DNA of 64,000 nucleotides from Candidatus Omnitrophota bacterium. Its GTDB lineage: Bacteria; Omnitrophota; Gorgyraeia; B26-G9. Below, one piece after another: positions 1 to 9,790 of the stretch; within the stretch, counting starts at the first letter, position 1, and each line of letters begins with the position of its first letter. The notes under the pieces were generated by a model that ran no database searches, was not told where the DNA came from, and saw only the letters and a list, made by a program, of their open reading frames with translations. A program made the translations under genes and the position numbers. Where the stretch lies: contig JAHIOQ010000073.1 of assembly GCA_018895275.1 (NCBI GenBank), positions 11,472 through 75,471 on the forward strand, in the 5' to 3' direction.

Positions 1-879
1 GGATACCTTTATTTACGCGCGGAATATAAATCTTTTCTTGCCGAACTGGAAAACGAGTTAGCGCAAATGAGAAAAGATAACCTCTTGGGCAATAATATAT
101 TAGGGAAAGAAGGTTTTAATTTTGACATAGAGATTTTACTGGGAGCCGGCGCTTATATCTGCGGAGAGGAAACCGCGCTTATTGAATCTATGGAAGGTAA
201 TAGAGGCGAGCCGCGTAACCGGCCGCCATTTCCCGTCAATACGGGATTTAATGGGCATCCTACCATAGTTAATAATGTCGAAACCTTTGCCGCGGCCGTT
301 CATATTATTTCAAAAGGAGCGGAATGGTTTAAATCAATAGGCACAAAAGACTCCACCGGATCAAAACTTTTGAGTATATCCGGTGACTGCTTAAAACCCG
401 GGGTATACGAGGTTCCATTTGGCACTTCAATAAAAGAAATTCTCAAAATGGTTGAGGCCAAAGACACAAAGGCGGTACAGGTAGGAGGGGCTTCGGGGAC
501 TTGTGTTCCCAAAAAGCAATTTAACCGTTTAATCGCGTACGAAGATCTTTCTACCGGCGGATCGGTTATCATTTTTTCTAATAAAAGGAATATGCTGGAA
601 GTGGCGAAAAATTTTCTGGAATTTTTTGAAGAAGAGTCATGCGGCCAGTGTACTCCCTGCCGCGAAGGCCTTCCTGTTTTGCTTGAAGCAGTGGATGCGT
701 TAGAGCGCGGACAATGCTCAAAAGAGTATTTAAAAGATGTGGTAAATTTAACAGAAACAATGCAGATTGCGGCAAAATGCGGGTTAGGGCAGTCTTGTCC
801 CAACGCGTTTGTGTCAATAATAAATAATTTTAAAGAGGAGTACAGTTTAGCTAAAATTAATAAAAAGGAGAAAAGGTAA
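1..879 (+). CDS. NuoF/HydB-like NADH-FMN flavoprotein subunit of a multimeric [FeFe]-hydrogenase (5' end cut by window edge)
   Basis: Frame 1 is open from base 1 (GYLYLRAEYKSF...) into tracked ORF 67..879. It carries the GAGAYICGEETALIESMEG FMN/NADH motif and the ESCGQCTPCREG 4Fe-4S motif of the NuoF family. The stop lies 1 nt before the hydA start. Confidence 0.85.
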   Translation, partial: GYLYLRAEYKSFLAELENELAQMRKDNLLGNNILGKEGFNFDIEILLGAGAYICGEETALIESMEGNRGEPRNRPPFPVNTGFNGHPTIVNNVETFAAAVHIISKGAEWFKSIGTKDSTGSKLLSISGDCLKPGVYEVPFGTSIKEILKMVEAKDTKAVQVGGASGTCVPKKQFNRLIAYEDLSTGGSVIIFSNKRNMLEVAKNFLEFFEEESCGQCTPCREGLPVLLEAVDALERGQCSKEYLKDVVNLTETMQIAAKCGLGQSCPNAFVSIINNFKEEYSLAKINKKEKR

Positions 880-880
880 A

Positions 881-2788
881 ATGGATAAAAATAAACCTTT
901 CGCACAAGATACTTCCCGTGCTCCTGTAAGTCAAAGAATAAATGAGAGTGACGCAGCAGCCGGCGGAGTTAAGAAGAAAAAAGTTAAAATAACAATTAAT
1001 GATCTAGAGTTGGAAGTGCCGGCCGGAACAACGATTCTTGAGGCGGCAAAATCAGTTAACATTAAAATACCTACATTATGCCAGCATGATGATCTATGTT
1101 TGGCAGGTGTTTGCCGGGTTTGTGTTGTTGAAGTAGAAGGACAAAAGACACTTCAGGCATCCTGCTCATATCCGGTATTCAGCTCAATAAAAGTGAATAC
1201 TTATTCACCCAGCGTGCGAAGGGCAAGACAGAATATAATCCAGCTGCTTTTAAAAAATCATTATGGAGAATGTTATGCCTGCTCAAGAAACAATAACTGT
1301 CAGCTTCAGGCATTAGCTAAAGATTATAAAATTGATGAGTATAAGTTTGGCCATATAGATAGCCCTAAATATGAAAAGGATATTTCAAGCTACTCGGTTG
1401 AACGGGATATGAACAAATGTGTTTTATGTCTTAGGTGTGTGCGTACATGTATCGACCTGCAGGAGGTCGGAGTTCTTGAAGCCGTCAATAGAGGTAAAAA
1501 CACAAAGATTGCTACGTATCAGGATAAGCCGCTTAACGATGTTGTTTGCATTAACTGCGGGCAGTGTATAAACCGATGCCCAACCGGCGCTTTAAAATCA
1601 AAAGACCCCGCGCAGGCAATATGGGAAGCTATTGATGATCCGCAAAAACATGTTATCATTCAAACCGCTCCCAGTCCCCGCGCGGCAATAGGTGAGGAGT
1701 TCGGCCTGCCGGCGGGAACCAGTGTAACTAAAAAAATGAATACTGCTCTTAAAAGAATAGGCTTTGATAAAGTTTTTGACACTAATTTTACCGCGGATTT
1801 AACGATAATGGAGGAAGGCACAGAGCTTCTTTTAAGGCTGAAGAAAGCGCTTGTTGATAAAGATAAAGATGTCGCTTTGCCTCAACTTACTTCATGCTCA
1901 CCGGGTTGGATAAAATATATTGAACATTTTTATCCTGATAAGCTTGATTATCTTTCAACCGCAAAGAGCCCCCAACAGATGTTTGGGGCAATAGCGAAAA
2001 CATGGTACGCCCAAAAGTATAATATCGACCCCAAAGATATAGTCAGTGTTTCTTTGATGCCCTGTTCCGCTAAGAAATTTGAATGTGAACGCGCGGAGAT
2101 GAATGATTCCGGATTTCAAGATGTTGATTATGCCTTAACTACCAGAGAGATGGCTGGCATGATAAAGGAATGCGGCATTGATCTGCCCAATCTTCCTGAA
2201 TCGGACTTTGATGATCCGCTTGGGGTAGGTACAGGAGCGGCATTGATTTTTGGCGCTACCGGAGGTGTTATGGAGGCAGCAATCAGAACTGTTTATGAGA
2301 TCGTTACCGGAGAAGAAGTGCCTTTTGAAAAGTTGAGAATTGCTCCTGTTAGAGGGATGGAAGGGATTAGAACTGCTGAGCTTCCGATAACAAAAGCAGT
2401 TAAGGCCTGGAAGTTTTTAGAAGGCGCGGTGCTTAAAGTAATGATCGGGCATGGAACCGCGAATGCCAAAAAGATTATGGATATGCTTTGCCGGGGAGAA
2501 TTAGACGGTTACCACTTCATTGAGGTTATGGCTTGTCCCGGCGGATGTATTGGCGGCGGAGGACAGCCGATACCAACCAACGCCAAAATCAGAGAAGCAA
2601 GAGCAAAAGCGATATACGCTGAAGATGAAGGCCTACCGCTTAGAAAATCACATGAGAATCCGGTAGTAAAACAGATTTATGCGGAATTCCTTAAAAATGG
2701 GCCTTGCGGCCATTTAAGCCATAAGCTTTTGCATACATCATATACACCGCGAGGCAAATGGATTGGAAAAAAGAAAAAGAGCAGTTAG
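881..2788 (+). CDS. hydA: [FeFe]-hydrogenase catalytic subunit (2Fe-2S + ferredoxin-type clusters + H-cluster domain)
   Basis: 635 aa. N-terminal 2Fe-2S-like CQHDDLCLAGVCRVC. 4Fe-4S motifs CVLCLRCVRTC and CINCGQCINRCP. H-cluster motifs TSCSPGW (variant of TSCCPxW), MPCSAKKFE and EVMACPGGCIGGGGQP. Flanked by a NuoF-like gene and hydEFG. Confidence 0.9.
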   Translation: MDKNKPFAQDTSRAPVSQRINESDAAAGGVKKKKVKITINDLELEVPAGTTILEAAKSVNIKIPTLCQHDDLCLAGVCRVCVVEVEGQKTLQASCSYPVFSSIKVNTYSPSVRRARQNIIQLLLKNHYGECYACSRNNNCQLQALAKDYKIDEYKFGHIDSPKYEKDISSYSVERDMNKCVLCLRCVRTCIDLQEVGVLEAVNRGKNTKIATYQDKPLNDVVCINCGQCINRCPTGALKSKDPAQAIWEAIDDPQKHVIIQTAPSPRAAIGEEFGLPAGTSVTKKMNTALKRIGFDKVFDTNFTADLTIMEEGTELLLRLKKALVDKDKDVALPQLTSCSPGWIKYIEHFYPDKLDYLSTAKSPQQMFGAIAKTWYAQKYNIDPKDIVSVSLMPCSAKKFECERAEMNDSGFQDVDYALTTREMAGMIKECGIDLPNLPESDFDDPLGVGTGAALIFGATGGVMEAAIRTVYEIVTGEEVPFEKLRIAPVRGMEGIRTAELPITKAVKAWKFLEGAVLKVMIGHGTANAKKIMDMLCRGELDGYHFIEVMACPGGCIGGGGQPIPTNAKIREARAKAIYAEDEGLPLRKSHENPVVKQIYAEFLKNGPCGHLSHKLLHTSYTPRGKWIGKKKKSS

Positions 2789-2926
2789 ATAGGAACTGTT
2801 TGCGACATAGCTCTTGATTTTTTTTAGAAATTATGATAAATATGAAATAGGTAGGTGTTTCCTGCGGGCAAGGGTATTATCCTGAGGCTAAGGGTAAATG
2901 GGTTACTTAAGAAAGTTAAAAGATAT

Positions 2927-2975
2927 CCCAGTTACTCTTACAGGATAAAAGAGTGACTGGGATGTTTATTTTTAA
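2927..2975 (+). terminator. Rho-independent terminator-like hairpin between hydA and the maturation genes
   Basis: CCCAGTTACTCTT (2927-2939) pairs with AAGAGTGACTGGG (2949-2961), 13 bp with one G:U. It is followed by ATGTTTATTTTT, then the AAGGAGG RBS of the next ORF. Confidence 0.55.
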
Positions 2976-2986
2976 GGAGGTATTTT

Positions 2987-3238
2987 ATGATTTCCAAACG
3001 GATTGGTTTTGTAGGGATAATAGTAGAAGAAAGAAAAAGAGTAGCGCAGGAAATTAACAAGTTACTTTCCGATCACGGAGATATTATTGTCGGACGCATG
3101 GGTATACCCTATGAAGTTAGAGGATGCAGTGTCATAACTTTAGTGGTGGATGCCACCACCGATGAGCTTGGCTGCTTAACCGGTAAGCTGGGCCAGCTAA
3201 ACGGGGTTTTGGTAAAATCGGCTTTGGCTAAAAAATAA
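2987..3238 (+). CDS. Small ACT/NikR-C-like protein, putative iron-only hydrogenase system regulator (TM1266-type)
   Basis: 83 aa, strong RBS AAGGAGG. Its size and its position directly upstream of hydF-hydG-hydE match the TM1266 family as I recall it. The family assignment comes from memory of that family, not from a search. Confidence 0.6.
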   Translation: MISKRIGFVGIIVEERKRVAQEINKLLSDHGDIIVGRMGIPYEVRGCSVITLVVDATTDELGCLTGKLGQLNGVLVKSALAKK

Positions 3239-3264
3239 CCTTATTTCTTTAGGACGTAAAGATT

Positions 3265-4527
3265 ATGAAGAAAACACCTAAATCATTAAGATTGCAGATA
3301 GGGATATTCGGCCGTACCAATGTGGGAAAGTCAAGTTTTCTTAATCTTGTTACGGCGCAAGATGTTTCAATTACCTCACCGATTCCGGGAACAACGACTG
3401 ATGTTGTGGAAAAAACCATGGAGCTTTTACCGCTGGGTCCGGTTGTTTTTTTAGATACCGGCGGGATAGATGATATTTCTACCTTAGCGCAGTTAAGAAT
3501 AAAAAAAACAAAAAAGATTTTTGACCGGGCGGATTTTATTCTATTGATTGTTGAGCCTGAGATTTGGACTGAATCCGAAGAGAATATTTATCGCGAGGCC
3601 CAAGAAAGGAATACCCCTTTTATTATTATCGTTAATAAGACAGATATAAGAGAGCCTTCGACGGATTTTATTAAAAAAGTTAACGCGATAACCAATAAGG
3701 TTGTTTTCGGTAGCAGTATTGATAAAGAAGAAAGAGATGTTTTTGTGAACGCGGTTAAAAAATGCCTTATTGAACTGGTTCCTCCGGGCTTTTTAAATCC
3801 TCCGGCGTTAATCGGAGACCTTATGCCTTCAGGAGGGTTGGCCGCGCTGATTATCCCTATTGATTTGGAAGCGCCCAAGGGAAGGCTTATCCTGCCCCAG
3901 GTGCAGACGATAAGAGACGCTCTGGATAATGACAGCGCGGTCCTGGTGGTCAAAGAAAGAGAATATAAGCATTTACTTGATCGATTTAAAATTAAACCCG
4001 ATATCGTTGTCTGTGATTCACAGGTAGTTTTGAAAATGACCGCTGACACACCCAAAGATATAAACTGCACGACGTTCTCGATACTTTTTGCCCGCTATAA
4101 AGGAGATTTAATTGAAATGGCCAAAGGAGCCGCCGTTATAGATAAGCTCAAACCCGGCGATAAAGTGCTTATTGCCGAAACATGTTCTCATCACGCCATC
4201 GAAGATGATATCGGCCGCGTAAAGATACCGCGCTGGATCAGGCAATATACCGGAGCCGATATAAAAATAGATATAACCTCAGGGCGTGATTATCCGGACA
4301 ATTTAAAAGAATATAAGTTAGTTGTCCACTGCGGATCATGTATGATAACCAGAAAAGAAATGCTTCTTAGGCTGCAATACGCCAAAGACGCCGGTGTTAG
4401 TATTACAAATTATGGTATTTGCATTTCCTTTTTACAGGGAGTATTGGAGAGAGTGCTTTCTCCTTTTCCCGCAGCGCTGGAAGCTTACAATAAAGAAAAT
4501 AAAAAATACACAAGGAGTAAAACATGA
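3265..4527 (+). CDS. hydF: [FeFe]-hydrogenase maturation GTPase
   Basis: GRTNVGKSS (G1), DTGG (G3), NKTD (G4). C-terminal cluster motif CSHH...HCGSC. Overlaps the hydG start by 4 nt. Confidence 0.85.
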   Translation: MKKTPKSLRLQIGIFGRTNVGKSSFLNLVTAQDVSITSPIPGTTTDVVEKTMELLPLGPVVFLDTGGIDDISTLAQLRIKKTKKIFDRADFILLIVEPEIWTESEENIYREAQERNTPFIIIVNKTDIREPSTDFIKKVNAITNKVVFGSSIDKEERDVFVNAVKKCLIELVPPGFLNPPALIGDLMPSGGLAALIIPIDLEAPKGRLILPQVQTIRDALDNDSAVLVVKEREYKHLLDRFKIKPDIVVCDSQVVLKMTADTPKDINCTTFSILFARYKGDLIEMAKGAAVIDKLKPGDKVLIAETCSHHAIEDDIGRVKIPRWIRQYTGADIKIDITSGRDYPDNLKEYKLVVHCGSCMITRKEMLLRLQYAKDAGVSITNYGICISFLQGVLERVLSPFPAALEAYNKENKKYTRSKT

Positions 4528-6020
4528 GTAATAAACCGGAAAAAAACGATTGCTGGCAGGACAACAGGATCAAAAAAGCGGAAGTAGAAAAATATATGGC
4601 CCAAGGCCATGATTTTGTTCACGATGAAGATATTCTGCAAAAACTAAGCGCTTGTAAAAAACCTGATTCTCACCGTATAAAAGATATTCTCGCAAAATCA
4701 TTAGCAATACAAAGCTTGAGTTTAGATGAAACCGCGGCTTTACTCAATGTAACTGATCATAGATTGTTAGAAGACATGAAAGAGGCGGCATTAAAGATTA
4801 AGAAAAAAGTCTACGATAATAGAATTGTCACATTTGCCCCGCTTTATATGGGCAACTACTGCGTCAATAACTGTTTATATTGCGGATTTAAAACGGACAA
4901 TAAACAGGCCAAAAGAAAAGTTCTTTTCCAGGAAGAAATTATAAAAGAAGTAGAGGTGCTTGCCGGAGAGATTGGGCATAAGCGCCTGATTGTCGTTTAC
5001 GGAGAGCATCCCCAAAATGATGTGGACTATATCCTCTCAAGCATAAAGACAATTTATGGAGTAAAGGTTAAAGTTAAAAATGCCATCGGAAATATCCGCA
5101 GAATAAATGTTAACGCTCCTGCTTTAAGCATTAAAGATCTAAAGTGGCTTCATGAGGCCGGTATCGGAACCTACCAGGTTTTTCAGGAAACATACCATCA
5201 TCAGACTTATGCCGCGATGCATCCTAAAGAAACAATAAAAAATAATTATCAATGGAGGCTGTACTGCATGCATCGGGCTTTTGAGGCCGGGATTGATGAT
5301 GTTGGCATAGGCGCTCTCTTTGGCTTATATGACTGGAAATTTGAGGTCATGGGGCTTGTAGCTCACGCCCTTGAATTGGAAAAGACATTTGGCATAGGCC
5401 CGCACACAGTATCTTTTCCGCGTCTTGAATCGGCGTTGAATATACCCAAGGAATTGCTTAGCCGCTATAAAGTTTCAGATGATGATTTCATGAAAGTCAT
5501 TTTAGCGGTTCGGTTATCTATACCTTATACCGGCATGATAATCACAGCTCGGGAAACTGCTTCTATCCGGAGAGCGGCAATTTCATTAGGTATTACCCAA
5601 ACCGACGCTTCAACTAAAATCGGTATTGGCGGCTATAGTCGCGGAAAGGAAGCCCAGGATGAACAAAGTCAGCAGTTTATACTGGGTGACATGCGCAGCC
5701 TTGATGAAATAGTTTGTGAGTTCGCGCAAATGGGATATATTACTTCTTTTTGCACTGCCGGCTACCGGTGCGGAAGAACGGGGAAATGCATTATGGATCT
5801 TTTAAGAAGCGGTGCCGAAGGTAAATTTTGCAAACTAAACGCTATTCTTACCTTTAAAGAATGGCTGGATGATTTCGCCAGTGAAAATACAAAAAAACAG
5901 TCTAAAGCGCTGCTGGAAAGAGAAATTATTGAAGTTAGAAAAAAAGCTCCGGATATTTTTCCTAAATTTCAGGAATACTATAAGCGCATTAAAGCCGGGG
6001 AAAGAGATCTTTATATCTAG
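4524..6020 (+). CDS. hydG: [FeFe]-hydrogenase maturase, radical SAM tyrosine lyase
   Basis: 498 aa. CVNNCLYCGF radical-SAM CX3CX2C motif. C-terminal Cys cluster FCTAGYRCGRTGKC. Sits in the hydF-hydG-hydE context. Confidence 0.85.
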   Translation: MSNKPEKNDCWQDNRIKKAEVEKYMAQGHDFVHDEDILQKLSACKKPDSHRIKDILAKSLAIQSLSLDETAALLNVTDHRLLEDMKEAALKIKKKVYDNRIVTFAPLYMGNYCVNNCLYCGFKTDNKQAKRKVLFQEEIIKEVEVLAGEIGHKRLIVVYGEHPQNDVDYILSSIKTIYGVKVKVKNAIGNIRRINVNAPALSIKDLKWLHEAGIGTYQVFQETYHHQTYAAMHPKETIKNNYQWRLYCMHRAFEAGIDDVGIGALFGLYDWKFEVMGLVAHALELEKTFGIGPHTVSFPRLESALNIPKELLSRYKVSDDDFMKVILAVRLSIPYTGMIITARETASIRRAAISLGITQTDASTKIGIGGYSRGKEAQDEQSQQFILGDMRSLDEIVCEFAQMGYITSFCTAGYRCGRTGKCIMDLLRSGAEGKFCKLNAILTFKEWLDDFASENTKKQSKALLEREIIEVRKKAPDIFPKFQEYYKRIKAGERDLYI

Positions 6021-6038
6021 AATTAATCTAATTAATTC

Positions 6039-7025
6039 ATGAATAAAAAGCAGATAATTGATTTTTTAAAATCAAAAGATGACCGGGAGTTATTTTCTTG
6101 CGCAAAGAAAGTACGGAAAAGTTGCTTTGGCGTTAACGTCTACATCAGAGGATTAATTGAGTTCTCAAACAACTGCGCGCGAAACTGTATGTACTGCGGG
6201 TTAAGACGGGATAATAAAAAAATAAAGCGCTACAGAATACCCTGCAATACGATTGTTGATTTAAGCTGCCGCATCGCGGCAAAAGGCATAAAAACTGTTC
6301 TTCTGCAGTCCGGAGACGATTTTTATTATACACAAAAGATGCTTTGCGGTATTGTTAAGAAGGTTAAAGCTAAATTTCCTGATGTTGTCATTGCTTTATC
6401 GGTGGGGGAGCGGATTCTTGATGACTATAAAGCTTTTTATGATGCCGGAGTCGACAGGTATTTATTAAAGCATGAAACTATAAATAGCAAACTCTATCAT
6501 AAAATGCATCCGGGACAATCCCTGAAGAAGAGGCTGAAAATTTTAGAACATTTAAGAAAAACAGGATTTCAGATAGCTACCGGACATTTAATAGGCCTGC
6601 CCGGACAAACAACAGAGGATATCGCCAATGAGATATTATTCTATCAGGACTTTCTCCCGGGCATGATCGGCATGGGCCCTTTTATTCCTCAGCACAATAC
6701 ACCCTTGGCAAAGTATCAATCACCGGAATTAAAGCTAATATTAAAAAATTTAGCGCTAACCAGGATTGTTAATAGAATCGCCAATATGCCGGTTACAACC
6801 GCTCTGGCAACTCTTGGCGGATACAAAGCGCAGGTAAAGGCGTTATCGCAGGCCGGCTGCAATGTTATTATGGTTAATTTTACTCCGCTTGTTTTCCGGC
6901 AAAAATATGAAATTTATGATAAAAAGGTAAAAGTGGGATTAAAAATGGCAAGCCGCGTAATAAATCTTGCCGGAAGAAAAATGTCTTTCGACAAAGGCGA
7001 ACCTTTAGATATCTCAAATCTTTAA
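6039..7025 (+). CDS. hydE: [FeFe]-hydrogenase maturase, radical SAM (BioB-like)
   Basis: 328 aa. CARNCMYCGLRRDN radical-SAM motif with a BioB-like fold pattern. Adjacent to hydG. Confidence 0.8.
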   Translation: MNKKQIIDFLKSKDDRELFSCAKKVRKSCFGVNVYIRGLIEFSNNCARNCMYCGLRRDNKKIKRYRIPCNTIVDLSCRIAAKGIKTVLLQSGDDFYYTQKMLCGIVKKVKAKFPDVVIALSVGERILDDYKAFYDAGVDRYLLKHETINSKLYHKMHPGQSLKKRLKILEHLRKTGFQIATGHLIGLPGQTTEDIANEILFYQDFLPGMIGMGPFIPQHNTPLAKYQSPELKLILKNLALTRIVNRIANMPVTTALATLGGYKAQVKALSQAGCNVIMVNFTPLVFRQKYEIYDKKVKVGLKMASRVINLAGRKMSFDKGEPLDISNL

Positions 7026-7329
7026 GCAAAGAATATAGCAGCTTAAAAAGAAATATTACCCGCTGCGTTACAGTGGTTTTTATGTCAGCGCCGATGGCCT
7101 CATAGGCGCGTTCATTGTCCTGCCGCAGCCTCCGCAGTAATCTTTCCTCTTGGATAGTGGGAATCCCAGCTTTGTACTCACCCATATTCTCAGGCGCTGC
7201 CACCGTGACAATTTAAGGGAAGTCAATTTATTAGAGATTATTAGTTCAGGAGTTTCCTGGTTAGAAAGAGGTATGTATAGTTCCATTTCCAAATTATTTT
7301 GCAAATAAGATTGCATATTTTAAAAATCA

Positions 7330-7818
7330 GTGTTAATATATTGGGTAATTATGGCGGAAACATTAGGAAGTCTCATGGATAAATTAACAATAAAGTCAAT
7401 CCGGGAATTTTATCTCAATAAGCTGATTAAATCCCGGAAGTCGGATTTTCCATTGCCGCAGTTAAAAGAAAAAATGGGAGTCCTTAAAAGGCAGAAAAAA
7501 CTGCTGACAAAAGAAATCGACGAGTTTATAATTTCGGCGGCGGAAAATAAATTCCCTCTGCGCGAGGAGAAGTTAAAGCTCTATAATAAACCCAGCTCCA
7601 TAGGAAAGATCGGAAAAGCTCAGGGGATTTCTCAAACTGTTGATAAACTAGCGCAAAAAAACCTGGAATTATGGCAGTTAGAGGACCAGTCCCGCAGAAC
7701 CGATGTGCCGCTCGAATATATAGGAAAGGTTAAAAGAAAAATAGACCTGGCAAACCAGCAGCGCAATGATTTGATTGATAGGATCGATGAACTGTTCGAA
7801 AAAGAAGTAAGAAAGTAA
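7330..7818 (+). CDS. Hypothetical coiled-coil protein (start more likely at MAETLGS, 7351)
   Basis: 162-aa ORF with no competing ORF. Charged, helical composition. Motifs LELWQLEDQSR and NQQRNDLIDRIDE. Possibly DUF4254-like, which I cannot verify. Confidence 0.5.
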   Translation: MLIYWVIMAETLGSLMDKLTIKSIREFYLNKLIKSRKSDFPLPQLKEKMGVLKRQKKLLTKEIDEFIISAAENKFPLREEKLKLYNKPSSIGKIGKAQGISQTVDKLAQKNLELWQLEDQSRRTDVPLEYIGKVKRKIDLANQQRNDLIDRIDELFEKEVRK

Positions 7819-7831
7819 ACGGAGTTTGCTC

Positions 7832-8941
7832 CTATTTCGCTATGTTGTTTTCTTCCAAATATTGACTAACCTTTAAAAACACCTCTTCCGGAGTGATCGC
7901 GCTAAGGCATTCGCGGTTAATTGTCCGGCTGCATTGAAACCGGCATGGGGAACAAGGCAGGTTTTTATAAAAAATTATACTCCTGGGGCCGATGGGGGAA
8001 AATTTACGCGGCGTGGTCGGCCCGAAAATAGCCGCGCTTAAAATTCCCAGGCAGCTGGCTAAATGTAGGCTGCCGCTATCATTGCCGATAACCGCTTTGC
8101 AGTACTCCAGAATAGCCGCTTCGTCCAGAATTTCTGTCGTCAGATTTTTATTTATTTCCAAAGGAAGAATGGATGGGTATCGCATTTTTTGGGAAACCGC
8201 CCTCAATAATTCAATATTCTTCGGGCTTCCCAGAAGCAATACGTTATATCCTTTTTCGGCAAATAAATCACCTAATTTCGCGAAATATTCCGGCAGCCAG
8301 TTTTTGAAATCCATCCCGCAGCCGGGAAACATGGCGATAAATTTACTTTGCGAGAAACCGGACAAAAATTTTTCCGCCTTGCACTGAGATTCCTGAGGCA
8401 ATGAGAGCTTCGTGCCGGTTAAATCAAAATCCTGAATTCCCAGGCGTGCCGGCAGGGAGATCAATTGTTCCAGAATATGCATTTTTTTATAGTGCAGCCC
8501 CGGCATCGGCCAGTCGGAAAGAAAGGCGCTCGCGCTCAACATATATTTCGGATTCAGGCAGCGTAACCAGAAGCTTGTTTCCCAGCGGCGCTGCGTATCG
8601 ATTAAAAGATCGATTTTCCCCTTCCATTCTTTACGGAAACGCAGAAATTTTCGTATCCCTTTGCCTTTATCCGGCCTTTCAAAGTGAATATATCCGTCAA
8701 AATAGGGAATGGCTTTAAAGATCTTTTCAAAGCGCGGATAGATTATTCCCATATAATATATTTTTGAATCCGGAAAAGCCTCGCGGATCATTTTAAAAAA
8801 AGGCACACCAACGGCTAAATCACCTAATCCGCCGCCGCCTTTATAGATAGCTATCTCCTTAACCTTATCCTTGAGCTCAAGATAAGGCTTTTGTGATTTG
8901 AATTTTTTAAACGGTTTTGTGTGTAAAAACGCGAAATCCAT
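7832..8941 (-). CDS. Glycosyltransferase family 9 (LPS heptosyltransferase-like)
   Basis: 369 aa. GGGGLGD near the N-terminus and a GNDSGSLHLA motif typical of GT9. The only convincing minus-strand gene. Confidence 0.8.
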   Translation of the reverse strand: MDFAFLHTKPFKKFKSQKPYLELKDKVKEIAIYKGGGGLGDLAVGVPFFKMIREAFPDSKIYYMGIIYPRFEKIFKAIPYFDGYIHFERPDKGKGIRKFLRFRKEWKGKIDLLIDTQRRWETSFWLRCLNPKYMLSASAFLSDWPMPGLHYKKMHILEQLISLPARLGIQDFDLTGTKLSLPQESQCKAEKFLSGFSQSKFIAMFPGCGMDFKNWLPEYFAKLGDLFAEKGYNVLLLGSPKNIELLRAVSQKMRYPSILPLEINKNLTTEILDEAAILEYCKAVIGNDSGSLHLASCLGILSAAIFGPTTPRKFSPIGPRSIIFYKNLPCSPCRFQCSRTINRECLSAITPEEVFLKVSQYLEENNIAK

Positions 8942-9186
8942 GGTTGTTTTTTAGTATTATTTTTCTCCGTAAAAGGTACCCTATGTTCGCAAGCGCGTTC
9001 TCGGAATCTATTTTATCATCAAGTGAGCAAAAATTGAATTTAATTTTTCCATTTTCGCCCATTTTTTCCATTTTGTCAAGCCTGACCCCGTATTTCAAAC
9101 GGTGTGTTATCCTGAAATAGATTGAAGGAAATGAGATAGTGCTTAAAATCCAAACCCTAATTTCTAAACTCTAAATAAACTCAAAT

Positions 9187-9246
9187 GAAACTTCGTAAGG
9201 AAGAGTTCTGAGTGCGCTAACTTTGTTGGTGCGCGAAGTTTCTTGT
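9187..9246 (+). repeat. 60-nt structured repeat, copy 1
   Basis: 58/60 identical to 10751..10810. Outer stem GAAACTTCG/CGAAGTTTC and inner stem GTGCGCTAAC/GTTGGTGCGC. Confidence 0.8.
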
Positions 9247-9643
9247 AATCTTAGCGTCTTTGTGTCTTGGTGGCTAAAGAGTTAGCAGACCAAGGAGGGG
9301 GAGGGTGAAATAAACCATATAATTACTGTGCTAACAACTAATTATGATTTATTTAATTAAATATTTTTGACAATACCGGTGAACTTTATGAGAGGAATAA
9401 ATGGTTTTTTAACAAAAATCTGCGAAAAATACTTACAGCGGAAATAGCTCATCCGGAATTTACCTTGACGGCTAATAATGCGCACGTTAGAATAATAACT
9501 TACGCTTTATGATTTGAAAGGGAAGTAGAAAAAAGTCGGTAAAAAGTAGAAACAAGCTATTGTCTTTTTCTGCATTTGTATTATTATAATATTTAATAAA
9601 GGTTAAGGAACTACTCCGACTCGTAAGAAGCGGTAAAATTCTC

Positions 9644-9731
9644 TAATTTAGTTTATTGGCGCCTGGGCGCAAGCTTACGGGGTAAATCTCTTCGATATTT
9701 ACCCCGCAGCACCTCAGGCATTAATTCGCAC
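9644..9731 (+). repeat. Long-hairpin repeat family, copy 1 (in the leader of the flavoprotein gene)
   Basis: Near-identical to 17122..17209. Inner stem CGGGGTAAAT/ATTTACCCCG, outer stem GCCTGGG/CTCAGGC, tail CATTAATTCGC. Confidence 0.8.
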
Positions 9732-9790
9732 AGATAATTTATGTCGGCAGGAGCCTTCATTAAATTATGTGCTCATTAAGGAGGATATAT

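Noticed and set aside
6880-7316. Two overlapping minus-strand ORFs (107 aa and 78 aa) in the hydE/7330 spacer
   Set aside because: - Part of one frame (EYKAGIPTIQEERLLRRLRQDNERAYEAIGADIK) looks protein-like and might be a frameshifted small gene.
- However, it runs 145 nt into hydE, no RBS or family is recognisable, and neither frame is convincing alone.
- It is worth a blastx but is not callable here.
8907-9120. 63- and 67-aa ORFs upstream of the GT9 gene
   Set aside because: They overlap each other on opposite strands within the presumptive promoter region of the GT9 gene. They have no RBS or motif.
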